A DNA stretch of 64,000 nt, from NCBI GenBank assembly GCA_947631505.1, contig CANRLR010000011.1, positions 12,063 through 76,062 on the forward strand, in the 5' to 3' direction. Source of the DNA: an uncultured Lachnospiraceae bacterium (GTDB lineage Bacteria; Bacillota; Clostridia; Lachnospirales; Lachnospiraceae). Within the stretch, counting starts at the first letter, position 1. Each line of letters begins with the position of its first letter. Positions 46,561-56,614 of this stretch are shown piece after piece. Both the position numbers and the translations under genes were made by a program. Below the pieces are notes generated by a model that searched no databases, was not told the origin of the DNA, and saw nothing but the letters and a program-made list of their open reading frames with translations.

Positions 46561-46788
46561 CTACAACAGAATCCGGCAATCCGGCTCGACCTTGGCACAC
46601 ACCTTTACCACTTCCTGCATAATCTCTTCAAAGCGGTCATCCTCCGCATCTACCATCATCTTTTGTGTCATAAAACTAACATTCGCATCTTTCACCCCAT
46701 CAATTTTCTTAATCGCATTCTCCATTTTTGCTGCACAGTTCGCACAGTCAAGATCCTGTAATTTGAATTTCTTTTTCATATCCATCAT
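46561..46788 (-). CDS. Heavy-metal-associated (HMA) domain protein
   Basis: LDCANCAAKME. Confidence 0.9.
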   Translation of the reverse strand: MMDMKKKFKLQDLDCANCAAKMENAIKKIDGVKDANVSFMTQKMMVDAEDDRFEEIMQEVVKVCAKVEPDCRILL

Positions 46789-46799
46789 CCTTTCTTTTC

Positions 46800-47159
46800 T
46801 TATTCTTCAATATGCTCAATTCCCTGAGCAATTATCGTTCTCACATGTCCATCCGCCAAAGAATAAAACACCGATTTCCCTTCTCTTCTGCTCTTGACAA
46901 GCTTTGATTGTTTTAAAATCTTCAACTGATGCGAAATAGCCGACTGTGTCATATTCAACGCTTCTGCCAAATCACATACGCACACTTCCGCTTCGAATAG
47001 CACGAACAAAATCCGGATTCGTGTGGAATCCCCAAATATTTTGAATAGTTCTGCCAAATCATAAAGTATATCTTCATCTGGCATTTTTTCATTCACTGCC
47101 ATTAATAAATCCTCATGAACACATAAATCATCACAATGTTCTGCATCATGTAAAGCCAT
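46800..47159 (-). CDS. cadC: ArsR/SmtB-family metalloregulator
   Basis: LFKIFGDSTRIRIL, CVCDLA, SAISHQL; likely start MALHD at 47159. Confidence 0.9.
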   Translation of the reverse strand: MALHDAEHCDDLCVHEDLLMAVNEKMPDEDILYDLAELFKIFGDSTRIRILFVLFEAEVCVCDLAEALNMTQSAISHQLKILKQSKLVKSRREGKSVFYSLADGHVRTIIAQGIEHIEE

Positions 47160-47187
47160 ATTATTTTTCTGCCTCCTTTCTGAATTC

Positions 47188-47239
47188 ATATGAATGAATG
47201 TTCATATGTTCATTATATGTTATTTTGACCAAATGTCAA
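47188..47239 (-). promoter_or_regulatory. cad operon promoter with SmtB/CadC-type operator
   Basis: TTGACA (47239-47234), 16 nt, TATAAT (47217-47212); palindrome ATATGAA-N6-TTCATAT (47188-47207). Confidence 0.7.
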
Positions 47240-47276
47240 GTAATAATTCTATTTTTTTAACATAAAATATAAAAAA

Positions 47277-48089
47277 ATGTTCTGTGGTCTATTTATGAAT
47301 ATTGAAATCGAGCGTGAAAAATTAGTTCTTTTTACAAAAGTAGGAGCCATTGTTCTTACTTCACTTGCACTTCTTGCTACAAGCTTTTTCTTCTACCCGG
47401 AATCAAGCGAAACGATTAGCAGTTCTCTCATCAACAGCAAAGAACTTCCCATTTACTGTGTCGAACAGGAAAAACCTCTCATTTCCATTAGTTTCGATGC
47501 TGCGTGGGGAAATGATGACACCGGTAAAATACTGGAAGTTCTCAAAAAGCACAATGTCCGTGCGACTTTTTTTATGACTGGTGGGTGGATAGAGAAATAC
47601 CCGGATGATGTAAAAGCCATTGCTGCCGGCGGACATGATTTGGGAAATCACAGTGAGAACCACAAACAAATGTCCAAACTTTCGGCAGCACAGTGCAAAG
47701 AAGAAATTATGAAACCACATGAAAAGGTAAAAAAACTGACGGGTAAAGATATGATTCTCTTCCGCCCGCCCTATGGGGATTATAATGATAATCTGATCCA
47801 GACTGCCCGGGAATGTAATTATTATCCGATTCAATGGGATGTAGACAGTCTGGATTGGAAAGATTATGATGCTGCCACCATTATCCGCCGAGTGACAGAA
47901 CACAAGCATTTAGGCAATGGCTCCATTATTCTCTGCCATAATGGAGCCAAACACACAGCTGAAGCATTAGATGAACTTTTAGCCACATTAAAACAAAAAG
48001 GATATCAGCTCGTTCCGATTTCCGAACTGATCTGGAAAAATAATTATGAGATCAATACAGAGGGACGGCAGATGCGTTCAGCCTCGTAA
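47277..48089 (+). CDS. Polysaccharide deacetylase (PdaB-like)
   Basis: SFDAAWG, ATFF, GNHSENH, FRPPYG, WDVDSLDW, ILCHN. Confidence 0.9.
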   Translation: MFCGLFMNIEIEREKLVLFTKVGAIVLTSLALLATSFFFYPESSETISSSLINSKELPIYCVEQEKPLISISFDAAWGNDDTGKILEVLKKHNVRATFFMTGGWIEKYPDDVKAIAAGGHDLGNHSENHKQMSKLSAAQCKEEIMKPHEKVKKLTGKDMILFRPPYGDYNDNLIQTARECNYYPIQWDVDSLDWKDYDAATIIRRVTEHKHLGNGSIILCHNGAKHTAEALDELLATLKQKGYQLVPISELIWKNNYEINTEGRQMRSAS

Positions 48090-48092
48090 TTT

Positions 48093-49088
48093 TTATTTCA
48101 ATATCGGCATGCCATCTTCTCCCCAGCGTACAGTATGAATTCTTGCATGACGGCACGGATCATAAAGCGGATCTTCACCACTATAACCACATTTTCCCTC
48201 AAAACATTCCTTGCTTCTGGCATGATACACAAACACGTCATTTCCCTCTTCATCTTTGGTAAAGGAATTATGTCCCGGACCATATTCCTCTACCAAATCC
48301 TCCGAAGTAAGCAATGGCTTGTCCATTTTCTCCCAGGAAGACTTATCAAGAAGATTCTTTCCCTCTTCGGTCTTCAAGACACCGACACAATATTCCGGCC
48401 CTGTTCCGGAAGCAGAAAAACATACAAAAATATCTTTACCGTGCTTTAATACTGCCGGTCCTTCATTAACAGAGTATCTCACCTTTTCCCAATCGTATTC
48501 CGGCTCTGTAAGAAGCATTGGCATCGAAATCAATTTCCATGGCTCCTTTGGATCTATTTCAGCAAGATATAGACAGGAAATTCTCTCTGGATTATGCTGG
48601 GCCCATATCACATAGGATCTTCCTGCTGCCTCAAAATATGTCATATCAAGAGAAAATCCGGTAAAAGAAAATGTATCTCCCTCCGCCGTCTGAAATTTCC
48701 CTTTTTCCGTCCAGTTTCCTGTATATGGATTATCGGAATCACAGGCAAGAACATGGCAGTCAATCCACCATCTGCCATTCGGATTCACACTACCACTGTA
48801 GAACACATACCACTTGCCTGCTATTTTATGCAGTTCCGGTGCCCAAATAAACCGATGGCTCAAAGAATCCGGTCCGGATTTCCAGATTGTAATTTCTTCT
48901 GCCTCGGATAATCCCGCAAGGGTTCTGGAACGACGAAGGATAACACGGTCACACCCCTCCGTATCCCTTTCTCCTTTCATTGGATATGTTGCCGTGAAAT
49001 AGTAAAATCCGTCATCTGCCTTAATCACATATGGATCTGCTCTTTCCACGATAAATGGATTTTTATATTTATTTACTGATTGATTCAT
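48093..49088 (-). CDS. GH43 glycoside hydrolase (arabinofuranosidase-like)
   Basis: ERADPYV, IWAPELH, SLDMTYF, VNEGP, GPGHNSF. Confidence 0.9.
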   Translation of the reverse strand: MNQSVNKYKNPFIVERADPYVIKADDGFYYFTATYPMKGERDTEGCDRVILRRSRTLAGLSEAEEITIWKSGPDSLSHRFIWAPELHKIAGKWYVFYSGSVNPNGRWWIDCHVLACDSDNPYTGNWTEKGKFQTAEGDTFSFTGFSLDMTYFEAAGRSYVIWAQHNPERISCLYLAEIDPKEPWKLISMPMLLTEPEYDWEKVRYSVNEGPAVLKHGKDIFVCFSASGTGPEYCVGVLKTEEGKNLLDKSSWEKMDKPLLTSEDLVEEYGPGHNSFTKDEEGNDVFVYHARSKECFEGKCGYSGEDPLYDPCRHARIHTVRWGEDGMPILK

Positions 49089-49166
49089 AATTGTGCATCC
49101 TTTCCCATCTTTTTATTCTAATGTCTTGAACAAATCTCCTTGCCGGAGTTTCTTCTTTTTTTCAAC

Positions 49167-51383
49167 CTATTCTTCCTGATCTGGCCCTCTCTCTGGCACA
49201 AGATTTTTGATTCCCCATACAGCCACATTATCACCTTCCGCAGTAAAAGTCATCGTCATATCATGATTTTCTAAATCTTCATTTGCCTGTTTTAAGAAAA
49301 CGCCCTTATATACTTTATTCCCGAGCTTTATCGTCATCTTATTTTTTTCATAAGCCCAAGTTCCCTTATATTCACCAGTCACCGTCCCATCTTTATGAAG
49401 AGTAATGGAATTTGCTGCTTCCTGAACATATTTTACATTCACTTCAACAGTAGAAATATGGTGTCCGACCGTAATATCCTTTGTTCCCTCGATTTCTTTT
49501 AACTTACGGGCTCTTCCCACAATACCAAGCTGCTTCTGCCCTGTGACTTTGTAATAACTGGTCGGTTCATGATAAATAAATTCATATGTACCTGCCATAT
49601 CCTCCATGGCATATCCATCCTCGGAAATCGTTTCGCCTGTGTATTCATACGGTGCTGCTACCGGCCATCCATCTTGATTTATAAATAACTGGTGGACACG
49701 CACAGAATGATTTTCCTGTGTACCGGAAAATGACTGAAAGCGGGTATGATAAACCAGATACATTTTTCCATCGTCATCTATAAAGGCTGAATTATGTCCC
49801 TGTGCCACCTGAACGGTGGTCAGGCCATACATATCATAGCTGCCAAAAATACGATATCCATAATTTTTCAGTTTAACATCTTCCCCCTTCGTTCGGATTG
49901 CCGATACACCATTTGCATCCACATATGGTCCGGTAATTTCCTTTGAACGGTATATACGCATCTGATAACCTTTCTGTGCCTCTAATCCGGCATAAGACAG
50001 GAACAGATAATAATAATCCTTTGTTTTTAACAGATATGCTCCCTCACCGGAACAATAGTAACCACCGGCAATTTTTACCCCAAAATATGCGTCTGATACA
50101 TCCTTCTTTGTTTCATATGATGCCTTATAATCACGCAGCCCGGTCGTTGTATCCAGTTTCAACTGATAGATGCCGGCTGACCATGAACCGTATGTCATAT
50201 ACAAGTCACCCTTGTCATCGTACTGTACATTTGGATCAATAGCATTGATGCAGGAATCATTGGTGGAATGATAGCGGGACAAATCCGCACCTTCACCGAG
50301 AACTTTGTACACATCCGTCTTTGTTTCATCCACTTTCATTTTAGCATTATTCATACCAGAATACACAACGATACCTTTATACTCATATGGTCCCTCAATA
50401 TCATCTGCTGTCAAAAGGCAAATGGAAGAAACCCAGTTATCGCCGTTGATGCTCATATACATGCACCACTTCTGCATCGTTTCATTCCAAATCACATCCG
50501 GTGCCCACATCATACCACTGAGGTCACTTTCTTTTGTAGCCGTTTTCGCCCACCCGTCCCAAGGCTCTTTGAACAGTGTTTCATAGTCCGCATTAATATT
50601 ATTCGTAAACCTCTCCCACTGTATCAGGTCCTTCGATCTGGCAAACGCCAAATGTGAACCGAATATATAGTACATTCCTGTTTTTGGGTCTTTCACCACA
50701 GATGGGTCATGAACAGAAACATGAGACATCAAAAGCTCATCATCCACATCATAATTACCTGTTTCTGTTGTTGGTGCACCCTCTGCTTTTATTATTGCCG
50801 GAGATGCTCCTGCTGCTCCATTTACGGCCAAAACAAATACAAGAAACATGGCCGCCGCTTTTTTCCCTTTTTTCTTTTTCACCAAAAAAACAATTACGGC
50901 AATCACGGCAATTACCAGCACAGAAGCCCCAATCACAATTGTGGCAAGAAAACCGGTCGTCATCGGTGCAGAGGAATCCTCTGTAACAATGGCATTGATT
51001 GAAAATTTCTGTGTCTCACCGGCCTTCAGCGTCTCAATGGATTGTGATTTCTTCCCGCCCTCTGCCTCAAAATTGGAAGGGAGCTTATAGGAAAGTTCTA
51101 CTTCATTCACATCAAAGTCATTGGTATTTGTTACCTCCATCGTAAGTACTGCCTTATCACCACTTCGATAAGACTCCTCATTCGCTGTAGTCTTTACAGT
51201 AATACCACTCATTTCTGTGCAACCGTCTTCTGTTTTTGTATAGGCAGTCAGCTTATCCTTGTTCTCCTGCTCTGTTCCGGCTGCTTCTACCGCCATTACT
51301 GTTCCAGAACAGATACCAAGCAGTAGAACAATAGAAAAAATCCCCCACAACCATGTTACCGCTCTCACCTTTTTACTTTTCAT
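49167..51383 (-). CDS. Membrane-anchored GH43 endo-arabinanase-like enzyme
   Basis: SVHDPS, WAPDV, NAIDP, GEGAY, GHNS; N-terminal Ig-like domain and two hydrophobic segments; likely start MKSKK at 51383. Confidence 0.88.
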   Translation of the reverse strand: MKSKKVRAVTWLWGIFSIVLLLGICSGTVMAVEAAGTEQENKDKLTAYTKTEDGCTEMSGITVKTTANEESYRSGDKAVLTMEVTNTNDFDVNEVELSYKLPSNFEAEGGKKSQSIETLKAGETQKFSINAIVTEDSSAPMTTGFLATIVIGASVLVIAVIAVIVFLVKKKKGKKAAAMFLVFVLAVNGAAGASPAIIKAEGAPTTETGNYDVDDELLMSHVSVHDPSVVKDPKTGMYYIFGSHLAFARSKDLIQWERFTNNINADYETLFKEPWDGWAKTATKESDLSGMMWAPDVIWNETMQKWCMYMSINGDNWVSSICLLTADDIEGPYEYKGIVVYSGMNNAKMKVDETKTDVYKVLGEGADLSRYHSTNDSCINAIDPNVQYDDKGDLYMTYGSWSAGIYQLKLDTTTGLRDYKASYETKKDVSDAYFGVKIAGGYYCSGEGAYLLKTKDYYYLFLSYAGLEAQKGYQMRIYRSKEITGPYVDANGVSAIRTKGEDVKLKNYGYRIFGSYDMYGLTTVQVAQGHNSAFIDDDGKMYLVYHTRFQSFSGTQENHSVRVHQLFINQDGWPVAAPYEYTGETISEDGYAMEDMAGTYEFIYHEPTSYYKVTGQKQLGIVGRARKLKEIEGTKDITVGHHISTVEVNVKYVQEAANSITLHKDGTVTGEYKGTWAYEKNKMTIKLGNKVYKGVFLKQANEDLENHDMTMTFTAEGDNVAVWGIKNLVPERGPDQEE

Positions 51384-51458
51384 AGCATATTTCCTTTCTG
51401 ACAAAAAAATGTTACCTTTATCATACCATTTTTTTATCATTTACGTCAATCTATTCTG

Positions 51459-53210
51459 TTATCCCGGCAGACTATCCCTCAGGCACAGCACTCCCCAGCC
51501 AATACTGTCATTGGGATATTCCGAAAAAGCCGGCAGAGCTTTCGCTCCTCCCGTCAGATACGCCTTTACTTTTTGTCCATACAAATACCTGTCCTGTCCG
51601 TCTACAATACCGAACTGCATGAGAAGTGCTGCACTTCCTGTCACGAAAGGACAAGCCATCGACGTACCTGTTTTTACCGTATATCCTCCGCCCGGTGCAC
51701 AAGAAAGAATATCTACTCCGGGTGCGGCTATATCCGGTTTTATCAGATCACAACAGACAAATCCACGACCACTAAAGGGGGCAAAGCTGTTTGTTCTACT
51801 GTTGTAGGCTGCTACAGCTATCGGCTTCAATGCCGTTGACGGAATGGTGAGCGTATCCTCTGTACTGGAAACCAAAAATCCGGTTTCACTGCTGATGGCA
51901 CTTCCGGATGGCATCCACAGCTGTAACGTTCCCTGTGTTATTTGGACCGGCTGAAAAATAATCTTCCATATTCCGCTCCGAATGGTTTCCTGAACGCCCT
52001 CCGGTACCATTTCTACATAAATCTCCTGTGAGGTACGATAAGGGGCAGGTTCACCAAAATACCAGATAATCTCGTTCCCATCCAAAACATACCGGTATGT
52101 TCCCTGTGAATTTTCTGACAGGACAATCTGGCTGCCGGATGGTGATTGCAAAAGAATCCGAACTTCATCACGGTACCGTTTCCAAATCTGAATACTCAGA
52201 CTAAACTCCCCCGGTGCCACCTGAAATTCTAACAGATAATCCTGCCCCATTGCCAGATTTACTTCTTCATGTCTGGATTTATTTCCTTCATTTCCACTGC
52301 CGATACAAATCGTTGTTCTTCCGATTCCCGCCACCGCATCAAGATAAGTTTCCAGCAAGGAGCTGCCATTATGAGCTCCGTAGCTATTACCAAAGCTTAC
52401 ATTCAATGCAATCGGCTGATTGCGTTCTACTGCCGTTTTCACACAGAAATCCACTGCCATCATCAATTCTGCTGTTTGAGGAAATCCGTTTTTTGTTCCG
52501 GTTCCTAATTTCACAATCAGTAAATCCGCTTCATAAGCTACTCCACGGTTCTCTCCACGGCTCGCCCTTCCATTCCCCGCTGCTATACCTGTAACATGAG
52601 TTCCATGTCCGCTCCGGTCCAGTGACGGAGAAGTTTCACCTCCTTGCAAAATGGCATTTAACTCCTCCTCTGAAAAAAAAGTGCCCACCGCATATCCGGC
52701 AGGGGGAGAGCCTACACCTGTAGTCTGGTCCCAAAGTCCAACGATTCTTGTCGTACCATCCTCATTCCGAAAATCCGGATGAAATATATCAATTCCCGAG
52801 TCCACTACCGCCACCATTATGCCACGCCCGCTCAGATTATAAGGAGCCCTTTGTACCGGAGGAATGCAGGAAGCTAATTTCCCCTCATAGACGGCAAAAG
52901 AAAGGGCTTTTGGTTTTTCAATGAATTCTACTCTTGGATTGTCAGACAACCGCTGTAGCTGCTGTTGTGTCAACTCCGCAATTACATAACCGCCATATAA
53001 AACGGCATAACGGTTCTCCGAAATTTTTTCCTCCATTTCTTCCCAAATACTCAGCCAGTCACCCGAATACCGTATAATGACCTGCCATAAATCTTCTTCT
53101 GTGTTATAACCAACAGATAAATTTTCACTTTTCTCTCTTGTATTTTCTGGAAGATCTAACGAAAGTTCAAGCAAATTATCTAATTTTTGATTCAATAGTT
53201 CCCGCCTCAA
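51459..53210 (-). CDS. S8 subtilisin-like peptidase (CspA/CspB-like)
   Basis: VAVVDSGID, HGTHVTGIAAG, IKPDIAAPG, GTSMACP. Confidence 0.9.
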   Translation of the reverse strand: MRRELLNQKLDNLLELSLDLPENTREKSENLSVGYNTEEDLWQVIIRYSGDWLSIWEEMEEKISENRYAVLYGGYVIAELTQQQLQRLSDNPRVEFIEKPKALSFAVYEGKLASCIPPVQRAPYNLSGRGIMVAVVDSGIDIFHPDFRNEDGTTRIVGLWDQTTGVGSPPAGYAVGTFFSEEELNAILQGGETSPSLDRSGHGTHVTGIAAGNGRASRGENRGVAYEADLLIVKLGTGTKNGFPQTAELMMAVDFCVKTAVERNQPIALNVSFGNSYGAHNGSSLLETYLDAVAGIGRTTICIGSGNEGNKSRHEEVNLAMGQDYLLEFQVAPGEFSLSIQIWKRYRDEVRILLQSPSGSQIVLSENSQGTYRYVLDGNEIIWYFGEPAPYRTSQEIYVEMVPEGVQETIRSGIWKIIFQPVQITQGTLQLWMPSGSAISSETGFLVSSTEDTLTIPSTALKPIAVAAYNSRTNSFAPFSGRGFVCCDLIKPDIAAPGVDILSCAPGGGYTVKTGTSMACPFVTGSAALLMQFGIVDGQDRYLYGQKVKAYLTGGAKALPAFSEYPNDSIGWGVLCLRDSLPG

Positions 53211-53233
53211 TTTCGTTCTTACCTTATTATACG

Positions 53234-53261
53234 AAAAGAGCGGCGGAAAATTCCGTCGCTC
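53234..53261 (-). terminator. Intrinsic terminator after the aminotransferase gene
   Basis: GAGCGACGGA-ATTT-TCCGCCGCTC-TTTT on the minus strand. Confidence 0.7.
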
Positions 53262-53314
53262 CTGTAATAATTTTTCATGCTTTCATGATGAGATATCTGC
53301 AGATCTATGCTGAC

Positions 53315-54601
53315 TCATTCACCGAGCAGCTTCTCCACAGAAACCAATTTTACACAAAGAACAAAAATTTTTGTTGCTTCCCTCATTTCTTCCGGTGTCG
53401 GGAACGATGGTGCAATACGGATATTGGAATCCTCCGGATCCTTTCCATACGGATAGGTCGCACCGGCATCTGTAAGAACGACACCCAATTCCTTACATTT
53501 CTCAACAATTGCTTTCGCACAGCCCGGCATGGAATTAAAAGAAATAAAATATCCTCCTCTTGGCTTAATCCAGCTTCCAATATCAAGTCCTGTCAATTCT
53601 GAATCCAATGTTTCCAGCACCGCATCAAATTTCGGACGCAGCAGTTGTGCATGTTTCTTCATATGTGCTTTCATTCCGTCAATATTCTTAAAAAATCTCG
53701 CATGACGAAGCTGATTAATTTTATCATGTCCAATGATCTGTACTGTCATATTTTTTTTAATGTACTCTATATTTTCAAGTGACGTTGCAATCGCAGATAC
53801 ACCGGAGCCTGAAAATGTCACTTTCGACGTGGAAGCAAATATATATACCATATTGGGATTGCCGGCCTTTTCACACTCTTCCAGAATATTCAGAAGTTCA
53901 TCCTGAACATCCTCGTAAATATGATGGATGCAGTACGCATTATCCCAGTAAATGCGAAAATCCTCCGCCTTCGGTTTCAAATTGGCAAATCGTCTGACTA
54001 CTTCATCCGAATAGGTAATCCCTGTCGGATTTGAATACTTTGGCACACACCAGATTCCTTTTACAGCTTCATCATTGTTGACATATTCTTCTACCAGATC
54101 CATATCCGGTCCATCTTCCAGCAACGGGATATTAATCATCTCGATCCCAAATAATTCTGTAATCTTAAAATGTCTGTCATAGCCCGGAACCGGACAGAGA
54201 AACTTCACCTTGTCTAACTTACACCACGGAGTGGAGCCATTTACACCACAAAGCATGGAACGGGATACAGTATCATACATAATATTCAAACTGGAATTAC
54301 CACATACAATTACATTATCCTTTTTCACTTCCATCATATCAGCCATTAATCTTCTGCACTCGCCAATACCATCCAGATCTCCATAATTTCTCGTATCATT
54401 TCCTAACTCGGTTCTCATGTCTGATTGGCTGTTAATGACATCCAGCATCGGCATCGACAGTGCTAATTGGGAAACTCCCGGCTTGCCTCTTGCCATATTA
54501 AGGGAAAGCCCCTTTGCTTCTTGTGTCTTAAATTCTTCCTCTAAACTTGCTTTTAGGGCCAAGAGATCATCGCGGCTCATATCCATATAGGCTTTCATCA
54601 T
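53315..54601 (-). CDS. PLP-dependent class I/II aminotransferase
   Basis: LNMARGKP, VPGYDRHF, YSNPTG, WDNAY, STSKVT, IRIAPS. Confidence 0.9.
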   Translation of the reverse strand: MMKAYMDMSRDDLLALKASLEEEFKTQEAKGLSLNMARGKPGVSQLALSMPMLDVINSQSDMRTELGNDTRNYGDLDGIGECRRLMADMMEVKKDNVIVCGNSSLNIMYDTVSRSMLCGVNGSTPWCKLDKVKFLCPVPGYDRHFKITELFGIEMINIPLLEDGPDMDLVEEYVNNDEAVKGIWCVPKYSNPTGITYSDEVVRRFANLKPKAEDFRIYWDNAYCIHHIYEDVQDELLNILEECEKAGNPNMVYIFASTSKVTFSGSGVSAIATSLENIEYIKKNMTVQIIGHDKINQLRHARFFKNIDGMKAHMKKHAQLLRPKFDAVLETLDSELTGLDIGSWIKPRGGYFISFNSMPGCAKAIVEKCKELGVVLTDAGATYPYGKDPEDSNIRIAPSFPTPEEMREATKIFVLCVKLVSVEKLLGE

Positions 54602-54706
54602 GTAATCTCTCCTTTTTAATCTTTATGTTAATTTCATTATCGTACCTATTCTACCACAATTTCGACACAATTTTAATACTAAATTATGGAAATATCAAGT
54701 TTTTTT

Positions 54707-55363
54707 TCATTTTTGTGTTTTTTCATAAGCTTTTCTGAGCTTTAATAATGCCTTTTTTTCAATCCGGCTGACATAACTGCGGGAAATACCAAGCTGCCTT
54801 GCTATTTCCCGTTGTGTCACCTCCGGCTTTTCCAGCTGGTTCGGTTCATTTGCAATGCCATATCGGAGACGGATAATTAACTTTTCCCTCTCATTCAAAT
54901 TGTCTTCAATGAAACCATACAGCTTGGATATGTTCTCATCCTTTTCCATCCGCTGCAGGATATCTTCATCCACACTCTCCAACACATCCAAAAAGCTCAA
55001 GGAATTCCCTTCCCCATCATCACCGCCCAATGGTTCATATAAAAACACTTCTTTCGATTGCTTCTTATCACTGCGAAAAGTCATGAGAAGTTCATTATCA
55101 ATACATCGGGACGCATAAGTTGCCAGTCTTACACCCTTTCCCGGCCGGTAAGTATCCACTGCCTTAATAAGTCCGATAGTTCCAATGGATATCAAATCAT
55201 CCACACTGTGGTCAAAGTTACTATATTTCTTTACCAAATAAGCAACCAGACGAAGATTGCACTCAATTAACTTCCGTCTGGCTTCCTTGTCCCCCTTCTC
55301 CCACCTCTCGAGGTATTCATTTTCTTCTTCTACACTTAATGGTTGTGGAAATGACTGCATCAT
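54707..55363 (-). CDS. sigK: Sporulation sigma factor SigK (uninterrupted)
   Basis: SFPQPLS, NLRLVAYLVKKY, DLISIGTIGLIKA, LATYASRCIDNE, ISRSYVSRIEKKAL. Confidence 0.9.
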   Translation of the reverse strand: MMQSFPQPLSVEEENEYLERWEKGDKEARRKLIECNLRLVAYLVKKYSNFDHSVDDLISIGTIGLIKAVDTYRPGKGVRLATYASRCIDNELLMTFRSDKKQSKEVFLYEPLGGDDGEGNSLSFLDVLESVDEDILQRMEKDENISKLYGFIEDNLNEREKLIIRLRYGIANEPNQLEKPEVTQREIARQLGISRSYVSRIEKKALLKLRKAYEKTQK

Positions 55364-55389
55364 ACACCTCGAATGATTTACATTACTTT

Positions 55390-55425
55390 AGTGTATGTGT
55401 TTTTTTGTCCATAAGTGCATGGACA
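55390..55425 (-). promoter_or_regulatory. Possible SigE/SigK-type promoter with SpoIIID-like sites upstream of sigK
   Basis: CATACACT (55397-55390); palindrome TGTCCAT-N6-ATGGACA (55406-55425). Confidence 0.45.
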
Positions 55426-56601
55426 CTAACCAAACAAGCTCATAATTTGTGCAACAATGAGACCACCGCCTGTACCTACAACATAGCCAAGCAATGCCAT
55501 AATAATACCGACCGGTACTAAAGCAGAGCTATAAGAACCGGCAAGTACCGGTGCCGTTGCTGTCCCACCGATATTGGCTAAAGAAGCCACGGCACAAGTA
55601 AAAATATCCAGCTTGAACATTTTGGCAAGTACAAGCATAATAACAACGTGAATTACAAGAATAACAATGCCGGTAAGAAGCCATACCGGTGCATTTCCCA
55701 CACTGCTCAAATCGGCACGTGATGCAATCAATGCTATGACAAAATACAGAAAAACATTTGAAATTTCCTCCGTTCCCTTAATTTTCCCAAAAGGTGTCAT
55801 AGCGAGTAATACACTGACAGCCGTTACAACCAATACCGTCCATGTAGCCGCATCAAAAAACGGAAGCTGATTATTTATAAGCACACCCAATTTTTGTGAT
55901 ATCGCCGAGACCAATAAGCCTGACCCAACAAGAATTGCAATATTATACCACATGAGAGGCTTCGTGCTGGCAGCAGCTTCCTTTTCAAGAGAAGCCCCCA
56001 CCTCATCAATGATTTTAGTGTCTGCCTTCGCCCACTGGTTGAATTTATGTGAAAATCCGATTGCCCAGAGAAGGAACATGACATAAAGCGTTGCACAAAT
56101 CGAATCTATCACCAATGCATATGCCATAGAAGCCTCATCCACAGACAGGGCTGACTGGATCGCCAGCATATTGCCGCCTCCCCCCATCCAGCTTCCACAT
56201 AATGCACCGAGAGATTTCCATGCCTCCGCCCCAAGGCCGCCACGAAACACAGCATACGCCACAACAAATCCAATTCCAATTGATATCGTTGCTGAAAAAA
56301 ATCCCAGCAGCATTTTCGGGCCTAATTTTACAATTTTTTTCATATCACAACGAAGCAGCATAATAAACAGCATAGCATAGAGCAATGGATTTTTTATCGC
56401 AGTATAAACACCCTGTGTTGTTTCCAGATTCCACAGCTTCACTGTACATAGAAGCATAAGTCCCAAATAGATCAAGACGATGGGCGGTACAAATTTAAAA
56501 AAGGTCTGTGCCTTCTTTCCTTTCATTATTTGAGGCAGGCAAACCAAAAACGCCGCTATAAAAAATAATGTAGCAATATACAGAAATCCTTCTGTTATCA
56601 T
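55426..56601 (-). CDS. DUF819-family membrane protein
   Basis: GSWMGGGGNM, VASLANIGGTATAP; about 10 TM segments. Confidence 0.85.
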   Translation of the reverse strand: MITEGFLYIATLFFIAAFLVCLPQIMKGKKAQTFFKFVPPIVLIYLGLMLLCTVKLWNLETTQGVYTAIKNPLLYAMLFIMLLRCDMKKIVKLGPKMLLGFFSATISIGIGFVVAYAVFRGGLGAEAWKSLGALCGSWMGGGGNMLAIQSALSVDEASMAYALVIDSICATLYVMFLLWAIGFSHKFNQWAKADTKIIDEVGASLEKEAAASTKPLMWYNIAILVGSGLLVSAISQKLGVLINNQLPFFDAATWTVLVVTAVSVLLAMTPFGKIKGTEEISNVFLYFVIALIASRADLSSVGNAPVWLLTGIVILVIHVVIMLVLAKMFKLDIFTCAVASLANIGGTATAPVLAGSYSSALVPVGIIMALLGYVVGTGGGLIVAQIMSLFG

Positions 56602-56614
56602 AAAAAATCTCCTT

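Noticed and set aside
54707-55363. skin-like element interrupting sigK
   Set aside because: The reading frame is continuous through regions 2 to 4.
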